From positions 118,978,001 through 119,042,000 of the forward strand of contig OX597820.1 in NCBI GenBank assembly GCA_951406725.2: a DNA stretch of 64,000 nucleotides, written 5' to 3'. Made by a program: the position numbers and the translations under genes. Within the stretch, counting starts at the first letter, position 1, and each line of letters opens with the position of its first letter. Below are positions 1 to 13,272 of the stretch, piece by piece. The stretch is from Octopus vulgaris. Lineage: Eukaryota. A model generated the notes under the pieces. The model had not been told where the DNA came from. It ran no database searches and saw nothing but the letters and a program-made list of their open reading frames with translations.

Positions 1-255
1 CGGGTTCGAATCTCAGACCGGGCGATGTGTGTGTGTTTATGAGCGAAACACCAAAGTTCCACGCGGCTCCGGCAGAAGGTAATGGCGAAACTTCTGCTGA
101 CTCTTTCGCCACAACTTTCTCTCACTCTTTCCTCCTCCATCTTGCAGCTCACCTGCGACGGACCGGCGTCCCGTCCAGGTGAGGAACCTATACGCCAAGG
201 AAACCGGGAAATCGGCCCTTATGAGCCAGGCTTAGCTCGAGAAGGAACAAACAAA
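1..255 (+). mobile_element. tRNA-headed SINE family C (head cut by window edge), tail variant 1
   Basis: B-box-like GGTTCGAATC at 3-12; body GAGCGAAACACC...CTCCGGCAG...CTCTTTCGCCACAACTTTCTCTCACTCTT shared with other family C copies. Confidence 0.85.
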
Positions 256-974
256 TGTTACCAAGAAATTGAGCTGTAAGTGTTCAGTCAAAATAAGATT
301 ATTGACCATATAAAGAATACGGATATCAATGACCTTTCCTGAGAATGCTACAACAAACAAAGATTGGCTAAGAATATTGCATCTGTTAATGCTGAGATTA
401 AAGTTAGCCTGGCAAAGAAATTAGCCATCAGACTTCGGAATGTAAATCTGTCAGCATTCAATCTAACCAAATCCCATAACACCTTCTTAGTACAATTCCA
501 AATGAGAAAATTGGTTCTGATCGCCTGGATATATGAAACGATCAGCAGTTTATTTGTCCTGGCAATGATCTTGATTACCACAGAACCTAGATATTTTACC
601 TTTCATATGTTATTTGTTTCAATTAATAAACCTTAGCTATGCTGGAGCACCGCCTTCAAATATTTTTAGCCGATCGAGCGTCCTTTGGTGTCTGCCTACC
701 AAATCCAATCGCAAGGCTTTGAACGTCCCGACGCTGTAGAAGAAATGTTGTTGGGAAGAAAACGTCGTACAACAGCGCCACATCTACGCTTGGACATGAA
801 TAGAAAACGCCAGCGGGAAGTGCCACAACGACAGTGATATACGTACATCAGGACTATGTTAGGTGTAGTGATGAATCCACAAAGTCCCACTCCAAACAAC
901 CTTCCCTACCCAGACAACTTTTCTCTGTCTCTAAGACAAAATACTGAGTAGCAACAGGGAGAAAGCAACATACC

Positions 975-1202
975 TATTTCTTTACTACCCACAAGGGGCT
1001 AAACACAGAGGGAACAAACAAGGACAGACATAGGTATTAAGTCGTTTACATCGACCCCAGTGCGTAACTGGTACTTAATTTATCGACTCCGAAAGGATGA
1101 AAGGCAAAGTCGACCTCGGCGGAATTTGAACTCACAACGTAACGGCAGCCGAAATACCGCTAAGCATTTCGCCCGGCGTGCTAACGTTTCTGCCAGCTCG
1201 CC
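975..1202 (-). mobile_element. SINE family A, full length with 10-bp TSD
   Basis: Minus strand reads GGCGAGCTGGCAGAA...GAGTTCAAATTCC (A/B boxes) then GCCTTTCATCCTTTCGGAGTCGATAAATTAAGTACCAG (Meta-like core); TSD GCAACATACC at 965-974 and 1203-1212. Confidence 0.9.
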
Positions 1203-1775
1203 GCAACATACCACATGAACACTCATCAGTGAAAATAACAAATTGAGAGGAGATGTTATTCTGAGCTGACAGTTGTTCCTGTGAGTCAAGAATGGTTTAA
1301 CTAGTTTGGAACACGCTGGAACTGAAAAGAGAAAGGTTCATTATATCAGGAAATATCTGTGATATCAAAATTGTGGATATGAAGTGTAGTCCTGTCTAGA
1401 TCTGTCTTAGACTCATTACCTGCCGTAAAGGAGAGTGTAACTTCGTTATTTAGACCCAGCTCAGGACTACATTATAACTGGTGAATACCAGAGATTAAGG
1501 TGCGTTTACACCTGCAAATTCTATATAGAAATAATTAGTGTAGAAGATATTCCCCCCACCATTCCTTCAAAATATCCTCATATGCTACTCAGCCTTATCA
1601 TATGCAATGACTTTCAAACAATTTATAATGAGATCTACAGGAAGGATTCAATACAAGTGTCATAGATTTCAATTATGCTCTTCTGTCTTTCTGTGACTGA
1701 AAAAAATCACAACCAGCAAAATATGATTCCTTCTTGAATTTTATCAGCAGTATTTATTAATATCATATACACATC

Positions 1776-1806
<31 letters not shown>

Positions 1807-1818
1807 CATATATATTCA

Positions 1819-1877
<59 letters not shown>

Positions 1878-3049
1878 GTATATGCATATGTATATATATA
1901 AATATATATGTATGATTACCATAATATAATATAAACGTGCACACATGAGCACACGCACGCGCATGTTAAACACCGCATTATTTACAGTTGTTTTAATTTC
2001 ACGGATATTAAAGTAATTTCAATATTAAATATTTTAATATTCAATATTGAAATTGCTTTAATTTATTTAAATTCCTTTATTTAATATCTGACATTATTAT
2101 CTGTCATATATATTGTTGTAATCGTAGGTTAGAAAATATGGGTTCGACTCTGGCATTGAATTAAAAAAATTTTCCAACCTACCAAAGGCCGATCGAACAG
2201 ACCTTGCAAAACATTTCTGGGGGTACCATTCAACTATAGCCAACAATAACAGTCGCAATCATTAAACTAGGCAAAGAAATATTAAAACAAGCACTTTAGA
2301 AATTTAATGTTATTCTGAAACATTCTGAGTTCAAATTCCAACGGAATCGGAATTACGATTTTTGTGCCCCAGGGTTGGTAAAGAATCAAAAGCCCCCGGG
2401 TATCGCGTAGTCGTAATATATGTATAGATCTCTTCAACGTAGTTTGGCGTTGTGCCGAGCTAGAATGAAATCAATAATTATAAGAATGTTCTATCCTTTG
2501 AAATTATTCATAACACTGGAATTAGTAAACTATTCAATAGAAATAGAATGGCAAACAAATCCAGAAATACGAAATTTCTATAGGTAAAGATTTGCCTGTG
2601 GAAATATGGATTATCCAGTGCCAAAAACTGTAAAGCTTGCATAGGTCATTAGGAGTCAATTTATTAGAGAGCTGTTCTTGTGCCAGAGGCAGAGTTAATT
2701 GTATGAGATGAGAAAAAATAGCAACAATAGAGAATGGCGTACACCTTGGGAATGATAGGACAGAGAGGAAAGGTAGAAGATATTCATAAACACACACAAT
2801 GAGGATGCGTTTATGGCGTATAGTATGGGAAAATACGAAGAGAGATAAATAAAGGCAGTGGAACAGTCACAAAGAAAAACACGTACGCGGACACAAATAC
2901 ACACTCGAAGACGTCTAAGCGTAGAAATATGCAAGGATATACACAAGTGTTCGGAAATATACACACATCTCTTACTCTTTGTTTGTATATGTGCGCGTAT
3001 ATATATATATGCATGCATTCGGGCAAATGAATGTGTGGTTGTGTACGTG

Positions 3050-3425
3050 TGTGCATGTATGTATGTATGTATGTATGTATGTATGTATGTATGTATGTAT
3101 GTATGTATGTATGTATGTATGTATGTATGTATGTATGTATGTATGTATGTATGTATGTGTGTATGTATGTATGTATGTGTGTATGTATGTATGTATGCGT
3201 GTATGTATGTATGTATGTGTGTATGTATGTATGTATGTGTGTATGTATGCATGTATGTATGTATGTAAGTATGTATGTATGCATGTATGTATGTATGTAA
3301 GTATGTATGTATGTATGTATGTATGTATGTATGTATGTATGTATGTATGTGTGTATGTATGTACTCAAACAAACATGCATGCTCACATATATACGTATAT
3401 GTATGTTTGTATGTATGTATATATA
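3050..3425. repeat. (TATG)n microsatellite
   Basis: Direct inspection. Confidence 0.97.
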
Positions 3426-3909
3426 TGCGGGTGTTATGGACACTTTTTTATTAATGAACCTTCATGTATTCATATTCTTCACTATATTACATCCTTTTCA
3501 GCCATTTGTATATGGCTATGTTCCTACACCGCTGCATACATACAGATGCATATACACTCACGCATACACCACGGAAATAAATATTCTTACATAATCTTGG
3601 CATTTTTACTCTTATTGTATCACTGGTTATTATTTTGGCGCATTTCTTGAAAGCCTTTCAATCGGACATATTTAACGACAGGAAAATCCCGAGGTTGCTG
3701 TTTATTAGAATGACACATTCTAGACTCTTACAGCGAAAATATGCATAATAACAAAACGGGGCAATTTTTCCAGGAATATAACATTGAATATGGATATTAT
3801 CATTTTAATAGGAAAACATTGAAATATATAGATTAGTTAATTGATTAGGTATTTAACCAAGTGATTAACAATAAAGTGGTGATATTGAACCAGTACGAGT
3901 GTTATTAGA

Positions 3910-4826
3910 ATTGGCGCAATGACCCAACCAAGAAATTAAAAAAGAAGAATTTTGTTAATGTTGCTTATGACTGCAGTATAAACAAAAACAATTTAGTATT
4001 CTATTGTGTCTGGGAAGAGTCATTTTCTTTTTGTGCCTTATAATCTAAAATTTCTGGTAAAATTTCCACTTATTTATTTTTATTTTCCTAAAATTTTCGT
4101 AGCGCCTTACAACCTTTTCAATAGTCTTGACTATTGAAATAAGAAATAAGTCAAATAAGAAATAAGTGGAAATTTTACCGGTGAGTGTATTACTCACAGA
4201 CACAACAGAATATGCTTCAACGCACGAACTCATATAAAGAATCTTGCAAACCAAATCCAAAAACGAAAGTTAGTATTCTTCATTTAAATATGGCAGATAC
4301 AATTTAATGCCAACATAAGTACATCTATCCTCGTTTATCACCCATTCTTTCATTTCTGTAACAGTATAAATACGGTAAACTAATATTGAATCGCATTACG
4401 GTTATCATGAATTGATCTGCGATTACAAGAGTCAGCAATATTTAAATGAAGAATACTAAATTTCGTTTTTGGATTTGGTTTGCAAGATTCTTTATATGAG
4501 TTCGTGTGATGAAGCATATTCTGTTGTGTCTGTGAGTAATACACTCACCGGTAAAATTTCCACTTATTTCTTATTTGACTTAGTTCTTATTTCAGTAGTC
4601 AAGACTATTGAAAAGGTTGTAAGGCGCTATGAAAGTTTTAGGAAAATAAAAATAAGAAATAAGTGGAAATTTTACCAGTGAGTGTGTTACATTATAAGGC
4701 ACAAAAAGAAAATGACTCTCCCCAGACACAACAGAATACTAAATTGTTTTTTGTTTATACTGCAGTCATAAGCAACATTAACAAAATTCTTCTTTTTCAA
4801 TTTCTTGGTTGGGTCATTGCGCCAAT
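3910..4826. repeat. Long inverted repeat / foldback element (arms about 380 bp, spacer about 146 bp)
   Basis: 3910-4291 is the reverse complement of 4438-4826 with scattered mismatches; ORFs 4045-4260(-) and 4469-4681(+) translate almost identically. Confidence 0.95.
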
Positions 4827-5071
4827 GTGTCAGAGATTCTGCTTGGGCCACAAAAACACACTCCTCAATGTCCAGTACAACAAGGGTTTTGCCCCATATG
4901 TGCACTTCGGCATTTATCAATAGTTCATTAACAGGGTGGCTTTTCTTATTCTTTCGAAGGAAACATCCGTGATAAAACCAGAATATTTCTACGTTACCAT
5001 CACCGGAGGAAAACGGTGGCCAGAATGATCCTCTCAATCAACGGTTTTTTTTCATATTTCATTGTCTTTAA

Positions 5072-5459
5072 TTCTTTTATTTGTTTCGGTCATCAGAGTG
5101 CGGCCATGCTGGGGCGCCGCATTGAAGAATTTTAGTCGAATGAATCCACCCCAGCGCTTTTTCAAAGACATGCACTTATTCTATCGGTGTCCTTTACCGA
5201 ACCGCTAAATTATGTGTCGTAAATACACCAACAACGGTTGTCAGGCGTTGGTGAGGGACAAATGCAGATACAAGAACACACACACACACACACATACACG
5301 CACACATGCACGTACATAGACGACGGGTTTCTTTGAAATTCTGTGATAGGCTATAGTAGGCTCGAAGCTATAGTAGAAGTCACTTTCCCAAATTGCCATG
5401 GAGTGGGACTGAACCCGAAGCCATGGGGTTTGGAAGCAAATTTCTTGCCATACAGCCAC
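5072..5459 (-). mobile_element. SINE family B (diverged)
   Basis: Shares GTGGCTGTATGG...GGGTTCAGTCCCACT head and CCAGCATGGCCGCA tail with copies at 20543, 22553 and 29081. Confidence 0.85.
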
Positions 5460-5460
5460 A

Positions 5461-5692
5461 ATATGGTCAATTCCTTCATCACAGTGAGTTGGCGGATGGG
5501 TTGTTCAGTTTTGGATAATGTTAGCTTAATATATTTCTTTTATGGACTCTGATCTTGGGATGCAAGAATGAATCCTTCTGTTTCTGCCTTCAGCCCGAAA
5601 CAGCGCAGACATTGATGGCTTTGTGACTTGCATACATCAGCAGCTATCAGGATTCGAAATGGGTATTTAAGGAAACGTCATTTGTGCTGTGG
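5461..5692 (-). pseudogene. R4/Dong-clade non-LTR retrotransposon fragment
   Basis: Minus-strand translation KYPFRI..ADVCKSQSHQCLRCFGLKAETEGFILASQDQS matches the R4/Dong GLK.ETEGFI.A.QDQ motif upstream of the CCHC finger. Confidence 0.75.
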
Positions 5693-5803
5693 AATAAATA
5701 TTAGGCGCATTATGAGGTCTTATGTCAGAAACCAACGAATGGCATTTTCTTGAGCAACGCCATATAAGTGTTTGGCATTGGACGTTTAGAATCACATAGT
5801 GCG

Positions 5804-5841
<38 letters not shown>

Positions 5842-5842
<1 letters not shown>

Positions 5843-6123
5843 CACCGTGATCACCGTGACCGACCAGGCCATCAGATGTTGTTACACATCGCTGGTCACA
5901 ATGCGCTTCGCATTGTTTTTAGCCTTCAAATGACGCCACCCCGCTGGCGAACAGAAGAAAGAGTGAGAGAAAGTTGTGGCGAAAGAGTACAGCAGGGATC
6001 GTTACCACTCCTGGCGGAGCCGCGTGGAGCTTTTAGGTGTTTTCGCTCAATAAACACGCACAACGCCCGGTCCGAGAATCGAAACCGCGAGTCCGCTGCT
6101 CTAACCATTGGGCCATTGCGCCT

Positions 6124-6126
<3 letters not shown>
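5842..6126 (-). mobile_element. SINE family C, tail variant 2, inside (TA)n
   Basis: Minus strand GGAGGCGCAATGGCCCAATGGTTAGAGCAGCGGACTCGCGGTTTCGATTCTC head; tail ...CTGATGGCCTGGTCGGTCACGGTGATCACGGTGAT. Confidence 0.9.
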
Positions 6127-6166
<40 letters not shown>

Positions 6167-7119
6167 CATATATGACTATACAGCCCGACACACACTCACA
6201 TACCCAAGCACACATAGACACAAGCACACATATACACATATATTTAAATCGAATGTGCGTATAAAGAAGTGTACAAATTTGCATTTATATATTATATACG
6301 CCTTTAGCTCTGTGTGTGTGTGTGCGTTGAGTGCGTCTGTGTGTAGATGTATTCATACATTCATATGTATGCATTTATATACACATGACCTTATACATAT
6401 GCATACGTATGGGCGAACACGCACACACATGTACATAGTGTTTCAAGACATACATATACCTACATATGTATCTCAGTAATGTACAAGTTCAAGTAAGTTG
6501 TTAGCGTAGGCTGGAATATTTATACTTTCTGCTGTTCCTCCTTCTACAATTATTCCCAATTCAATTCGATATTAATTAATCATCTGAGCAGGTGGAAACT
6601 GCCTCCTTCTCAGCTTAGAGTTCCGCAAACATTTGATATCATCCAAGTTAGAGCAGATAAATATACGTCATCCGACGAAGACGGTGCGTTGATTTCCGCC
6701 CAAACTCGCACAATTTACCGACCACCAGTAGTGTGCTTTCAAGTGATTGTTGAACAGTTAATGAACCTTAGATCATTTTCAAGAGTCTTTACCTTCATCA
6801 ATCTATCGTCTACTAACAGCAGTTGTACTCTCTTTGTTATATTAATGAAACATTCTAATTTGTGTGCGCATTCTACGTCTCTTCTCTCTCTCTCTCTTCC
6901 TCTCGAAACTTATTTTCTTTTTCTCTGTTTCATTTGTCAGCTTGAAACAAGTCCTCGGCAACAAGAGGAAAGCGCCATTTTCTAATGATGTTTGCAATAA
7001 TGGTTGTTAATAATTGATGAAGAGCGACGTGAAATAGAAGAGATACCAGGTCATACACTCGCAGTGGTGTGGCGTATGTATATGTGCTAACACACAATCA
7101 CACACAATTACACAACTCA

Positions 7120-7175
<56 letters not shown>

Positions 7176-7191
7176 TGTATACATATATTTG

Positions 7192-7241
<50 letters not shown>

Positions 7242-7305
7242 TGTATACATATATTTGTATATGTATATATATATATATATATATATGCATGTATACATAT
7301 ATTTG

Positions 7306-7357
<52 letters not shown>

Positions 7358-8078
7358 TGTATACATATATTTGTATATGTATATATATGCATATATATAA
7401 GTATATATATATATCGCATATATATATATTTAATGTATGTATATATATATGCGTATGTATGACTGTATCGGTATAAATGCCAATGCACGCGTATGGGCAT
7501 AGATTTATTTAAATAACGTTTCTTTAATATAATTATATTAATTACATATTATATATCACAGATGTGTATATGTATATATATAACTAATTTTTTTATGTAC
7601 CTACATATGTATGTATATATATATATAAATTCGCATAATTAGTAAATATATATATGTATATATATGCGCGAAGATAGACTACTATATATAGTGAGAGATA
7701 TGTAGGTAAGTAGATAGGTAGTTAGGTATGTATGTAAGTATGTCGGTAGGTAGGTTAGTAAGTAGGTAGGTGGTAGCTAGGTAGATACATAGGTAGATAG
7801 ATGAACACGTAATTAGGTGTGAACCCTGAACATGGTGGAACTATATACTGTTGGAGATGTATATAAGAAATCGACGCAGAAATGATGGAAGATATTTACT
7901 GGTAAATGCGAATTACATATGTATGTCTTTGTTTATGATACATGTACATTCCTATATCCAAATCATGTACAGCTTAGATACGACTTAGATAACTTAGATA
8001 TATTTCAGTGAAAAATTTGCACAGGCCATGGCTAACTTGATTTCACCACTTTGTAGGGTCTGTTATGTCCTTTTTGTC

Positions 8079-8529
8079 AAGCTGAGATGGGCGGGCCACG
8101 TCTCCCGCATGTCCGACACTCGCATCCTAAAACAGCTCTTCTACGGTGAACTCGGCCAGGGCAGGCGCAAAGTCGGAGGGCAGAAGAAGCGCTACAAGGA
8201 TAGTCTCAAGGTCTCTCTCAAAGACTTCTCCATCGGAACAGAGACCTGGGAGACACTTGCTGCCAACCGCTCATCCTGGCGCAGCGCAATCACCGTGGGA
8301 GCAGGGACAGCCGGGGAGGGACGGATTCGGTCAGCGGAGCAGAAACGTCAGATGCGTAAAGCCAGAGCCGCCTGCACCAGTAGCACGGCCCCTACCCACT
8401 TCTGCCCCACCTGTGGGAGGGGCTTCCTTGCCCGGATTGGCCTCACCAGCCACCTCAGGTCTCATGGCGGCAGTTCCTTCAGATGATGTCAGTTGGTCAT
8501 CTTCGAACCGAAGGACGAACATTATTATT
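8079..8529 (+). mobile_element. 5'-truncated RTE-clade LINE 3' end (ORF C-terminus, C2H2 finger, 3' UTR, ATT tail)
   Basis: LRWAGHVSRM...LFYGEL..G.R..GGQKKRYKD...W..LA.NRSSWR...CPTCGRGFLARIGLTSHLRSH; stop at 8484-8486; UTR ends CATCTTCGAACCGAAGGACGAAC + (ATT)3. Confidence 0.92.
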
Positions 8530-8540
8530 GGTATAGATTG

Positions 8541-9290
8541 CTAATCTATAAACCGTTGAAGAAATTTGTCCTGGTTTCCTTTGAAGGTGATGGGAGTTCT
8601 TTCCTCATTCATATGTTTTGGGATAATGTTAAATAGAGCAAGGCCTGTTGACGAAAAGAAATTCTGTTGCAGTGAATTTATGTTCTGTGAGCCCGAATTG
8701 TGTACGGGGTGTATGACACCCTTGGCTGAATTCAGAATCTCATATTGAGGGCGATCGGGCAATTCTTATGCTATATTCTTCACATTGTGAAACTGATGTA
8801 TAGGTTACGGCGCCGCTTGAGAGAATAACGATCCAATATTTAAAGTCAGTCCCAATAATCAAGATTTTTCATTCCTCTTATTTTTTTTAATGCTATGTGG
8901 GTTGACCCAATTCCTGTAATGTTTTGTTTGGTGTGGGGAGACCACAGGGGGCACCAGTATTCTAGGTATTGGCCGTACAAAGGAGGGGAAGAGGGGAATG
9001 ATGACATCCTGCGAGCCTTATCGGCTTTATTGTTTATGCTAGCACTTCAGTAGAAATTGTTGTCAACAATCAGTCCTATGTTCCCGATATTATTGCGTGC
9101 TGTGAGTAGGTTGTTTGAGTGTATTCTTCTTTCAATGTGCATGAGTTCAAATTTCCACTCACTTAACCACATGTTATCTTTGTCCGGCCTTTGGCTTACC
9201 GCAAGACTATCAGACTGGGGTTCGGTTCGATCTTCTTCCCCGTTGATAACATTCTGGATTCTGAAATCATCTGCGGACATTTTAATATTT
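8541..9290 (-). pseudogene. Degenerate CR1-like LINE RT / C-terminal fragment
   Basis: SADDFRI..VINGEEDRTE.QSD (YADD-like motif) and NFFSSTGLALFNIIPK...FKGNQDKFL, typical of CR1 ORF2 end; many stops and frameshifts. Confidence 0.7.
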
Positions 9291-9607
9291 TATTTTTGTT
9301 TTTTGAGCCTGGTACTTATTTCGTCGCTCAGTTTTGCCAAACCGCTATGTTACGGGGCCGTGTGCTCATCAACCCTTGTGGAAGGGTGGGGGTGGGGCAA
9401 ACACGGACACGAAGACATACACGCATACATACCACCTCTTTCTCTGTTGGCAAGAAATCTTGAAATAAGACTGAATAATGACATACATACACGCGCACAC
9501 ACACTCCCACACGCATACATATACTTGTGTGTGTGTGTGTGTATGTGTGTGTGTATGTATATAATATGTATATATATTAGAAGGTTTGGAGATGATGTAC
9601 ATGTATT

Positions 9608-9828
9608 ATATACTAGAAGAAATGAGGTTCTCAGAAATCTGGATGGTTTATATTAGTGCTTTCGTTCACTCTAGTGGAGTTTTCAAATTTGAAAACTTCA
9701 CCAGAATGGACGAAAGCGCTAATATATATGATATAGGATTTATATAAACATGTAACAGGCTAATAAACATCTGTAAATATAAAACCATCCAGATTTCTGA
9801 GTACGTCATTTCTTCTAATAAATATATA
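9608..9828. mobile_element. Small MITE-like element with about 45-bp terminal inverted repeats
   Basis: TAGAAGAAATGAGGTTCTCAGAAATCTGGATGGTTTATATT (about 9614-9654) versus AATATAAAACCATCCAGATTTCTGAGTACGTCATTTCTTCTA (about 9776-9817); TA-rich flanks. Confidence 0.7.
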
Positions 9829-9847
9829 CACAGACACACACACACAC

Positions 9848-9886
<39 letters not shown>

Positions 9887-9966
9887 CACACACACACATA
9901 CACGCACACACACACAAACACACACACATACACGCACACACACAAACACACACGCACACCCACAGA

Positions 9967-10010
<44 letters not shown>

Positions 10011-10011
<1 letters not shown>

Positions 10012-10178
10012 CAGCTTTCTTTCAGTTTCGGTCTCCCAAACACATTAGTCAAAAGACCTTTGATCGGTCTGAGGCTAAAACGGAAGACATCTGCCCAAGG
10101 TGCGCCACGCCGTGAGACAGAACCCGGAACCCTTGCGGTCGGGAAGCAGCGTCTCAGTACACATCCTCGCGCCTGCGC
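10011..10178 (-). mobile_element. SINE family B, 5' half
   Basis: Similar to head of family B; adjoins (CA)n. Confidence 0.75.
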
Positions 10179-11508
10179 ATATGAGGGAGTATCTTTAAAC
10201 GACGAGCAACAAAAATATAAAAGGCGTTCATTACACCTGTTCTCACGTGCATCCAGTTCCACACGAAACCTGAATCGCATTCTGATATATTACGAACTTC
10301 CAATTAACTGCGAGTAAAGGGATTTAGACCTAAAATATGCACATTTGTAGAATCGATTATACATAAAACTGTACGCAACTTATTCCATATTAACAAGGAA
10401 TATGAAAGAGATATATGAATTATCAACACAGTATATAGTTGACAGTTAGGTCTCCTAGTGGGAAAAAATATACATAACTTGATTTAAATGTTTAGTGTTA
10501 ACACAGATTTCTAGTGAAGCGGTGAATGAAACCGTCTCTCCATTTGTTCATTGATTATATCCATCAAGTTATTAATTACCTGTATCACGCAGAGAGTCAG
10601 GCAGAAAATCAGTCAGGTCGGTCGCTAGCAAGACAGACAGACGATCAGTCATATACAGCCGGTAGTTTAGGACTTGAGAATGTATGGTATTAATTGATTT
10701 TGATAAATATATTCGTTCAATGCACAGATCACATTTATTATGAAATATGAGTTCCGTCCGTTACCAACATAGAATCTACTAAGATTTCGTTGTGTGAATA
10801 TAGGAGCAGAAAATGATGTATATATATATATACGAATATGAAAATATATACATATGTAAAAACAGAAACACGTATACATACTCGCACGTGCATATATGTG
10901 CGTAAATACAGAAAGAGGAGAGGCAGGCCAACAGAAATTGAGAACAAAAAAATGAAATTCATAGGCAGGTGGAGAGCTACAAAGATACTTTATAAATGGA
11001 TGCACCTCACATTGCCACATCTTCACACATACAAAGAATATAAATATATATCGGGGTAATCATCAAAAGATTGAAGTCTTCAATAAGAGAATCAAACACA
11101 TAAAAAGGAGAAATGTGTCAACCTCTGCGGCAAAAGTGGAAAGGAAAATCGTGTATTTTACATCCGCAGGACAAAGCCATTTCAAGCATATTACCCGCAA
11201 TCCAACATTGGTCCAAGAAGTTGCAATGCACCAGGTGCCGCTTCTCATGCGTCTGGTCTCACTAAAATACAGATCTCACTTCTAACGTGACAATGTAACC
11301 CGCATTGAGCAACGGTAGCCAATTTTCCAATATCCACTTTGACCTTCCAGTCGACATCTTGCATTTACTGTACTTCTCCATTCGGTAAACTGAGTATAGG
11401 CTTGTGTGACTATGTATGTGTGTTTGTTTATATATATATCAAGAGGTAATTGATAATTTTATACAAATTTATATCTTAAAAATATTGATTATATTTTAGG
11501 TCTTGAAA

Positions 11509-11554
11509 CCACCTAATGAATGTCCATAGAAGTGATAAGAAACGATCGTAGTGG
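11509..11554 (+). ncRNA. Hammerhead-like motif (core G5>A) in a 11440-11650 element within (TA)n
   Basis: CCAC-CTAATGA-ATGTC..GATAA-GAAA-CGATCG-TA-GTGG; stem I CCAC/GTGG, palindromic stem III ACGATCGT. Confidence 0.6.
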
Positions 11555-11646
11555 ATATCTTAATTATATTTAATTTATATAAATTTTTTATGTATTGGAT
11601 TAAGTCTTTCTTTGTTTGATTTGCATAATAGTGGTTTTGTCTCTAA

Positions 11647-11798
<152 letters not shown>

Positions 11799-11810
11799 AT
11801 ATATATATAT

Positions 11811-11882
11811 GTTCCTTTCTGTTGCAGAGCGTAGGCTCGAAATGAAAATGATTTTCTCACTTTCCGAGCGTTAAACTAATAC
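11811..11882 (+). mobile_element. Hammerhead-like mini-element family H1 (partial, decayed)
   Basis: TTCCTTT-CTGTTGC-A-GAGC-GTAG-GCTC-GAAA...TTTCCGAGCGTTAAACTAATAC; same sequence family as 36110, 59671 and 62325; follows (TA)n. Confidence 0.7.
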
Positions 11883-12159
11883 TTACAATCTACCAACTTA
11901 AAACTTCGACCATCTTCCATCAGAATTTCAACAACGTTATTTATTATAGGTCTTGATAACTTACAGTTTGGAAATCGAGCAGAGAGAAAGGGCTCCAGAC
12001 TCGTCTGGGTGTTCAAATTTCAAATTGCAAATTCTAACAATTGTAGGATTTTGATACATATACATATATATATATATGCATATGCATACATATACATATA
12101 TGCACATATATATATATGCACACATATATATATACATATATTTACATATATATATAGAC

Positions 12160-12450
12160 CCGCAATGTCCAAGTGGATAGGGCAGCGGACTCGCGGTTTA
12201 GATTCCCTGACCGTGCGTTGTGTTTATTGAGTGAATACACCTAAAGCTCCACGAGGCTCCGGCAATGGGGTGGGGGAGAACCCTGCTGTACTCTTTCACC
12301 ACAACTTTCTCTAACTCTTTCTTCCTGTTTCTGTATCACGCTGAATCACCCCGAGAACTACGTTGTTAAGTATACACGTGCCTGTGGAGTGCTCAGCAAC
12401 TTGCAAGATGTTCCGTTGATCGGATTAAATGGAACGGAGTGCCACGACAA
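12160..12450 (+). mobile_element. SINE family C, tail variant 3 (internally deleted)
   Basis: CGCAATGTCCAAGTGGATAGGGCAGCGGACTCGCGG head; tail ...ACGGAGTGCCACGAC as in the 40386 copy. Confidence 0.8.
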
Positions 12451-12469
12451 TGACAATATACATATATAA

Positions 12470-12885
12470 GGCGGTGAGCTGGCAGAATCGGTTGCACGCC
12501 GGGCGAAATGCTTAGCAATGTTTCGTCTGCCGCTACGTTCTGAGTTCAAATTCCGCTGAGGTCGACTTTACCCTTCATTCTTTCGGGATCGATTAAATAA
12601 GTACCAGTTCCGCACTGGGGTCGATCTAATCGTCTTAATCCGTTTGCCTGTCCTTGTTTGTCCTCTCTGTGTTTAGCCCCTTGTGGGTAGTAAAGAAACC
12701 GGTATTTCATCTGCCGCTACGTTCTCAGTTCAAATTCCGCCGAGGTCGACTTTGCCTCTGATCCTTTCGGGGTCGATTAAATAAGTACCAGTTTCGCACT
12801 GGGGTCGATCTAATCGACTTAATCCGTTTGCCTGTCCTTGTTTGTCCTCGCTGTGTTTATCCCCTTGTGGATAGTAGAGAAATAA
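12470..12885 (+). mobile_element. SINE family A, head plus tandemly duplicated body
   Basis: Full copy 12470-12700 followed directly by a second copy starting at internal CGGTATTTC (12701-12885). Confidence 0.88.
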
Positions 12886-13052
12886 ATATACATATATCGT
12901 GCGTGCATATATATATATACACGCACTCATGCACGCTCACACTTGCACATATACAAACTCGTGAAGGCGCACAGAGACAAATATGTGCAAACACAAGTAC
13001 ATAACCCTATATATATATATATATGTATATATATAAATATACCTTGCATTTA

Positions 13053-13110
<58 letters not shown>

Positions 13111-13272
13111 TATACATATACGTAGAGGAACTCTGCGACGGATATATCAATATAAAAGCAGAGACGAGTATATCTACTGCGTCTGTGTAACGACAATATC
13201 GAGTTCAGATCGAATGTAAAAACTTGCACAATGTTGAAGTCTGTCTTGCCATTAAGCTGTATTACCAATTAA

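Noticed and set aside
2695-3650. Long ORFs of YI/HT/MYVC repeats here and throughout the window
   Set aside because: Translations of stop-free microsatellites, not genes.
5078-5100. Minus-strand CTGATGACCGAAAC resembling a hammerhead core
   Set aside because: It is a variant of the SINE B tail hairpin CAGTCAAATGACTG; stems I and II are absent.
6668-6700. CCGACGA-A-GACG-GTG-CGTT hammerhead-like start
   Set aside because: No GAAA and no closing stem I.
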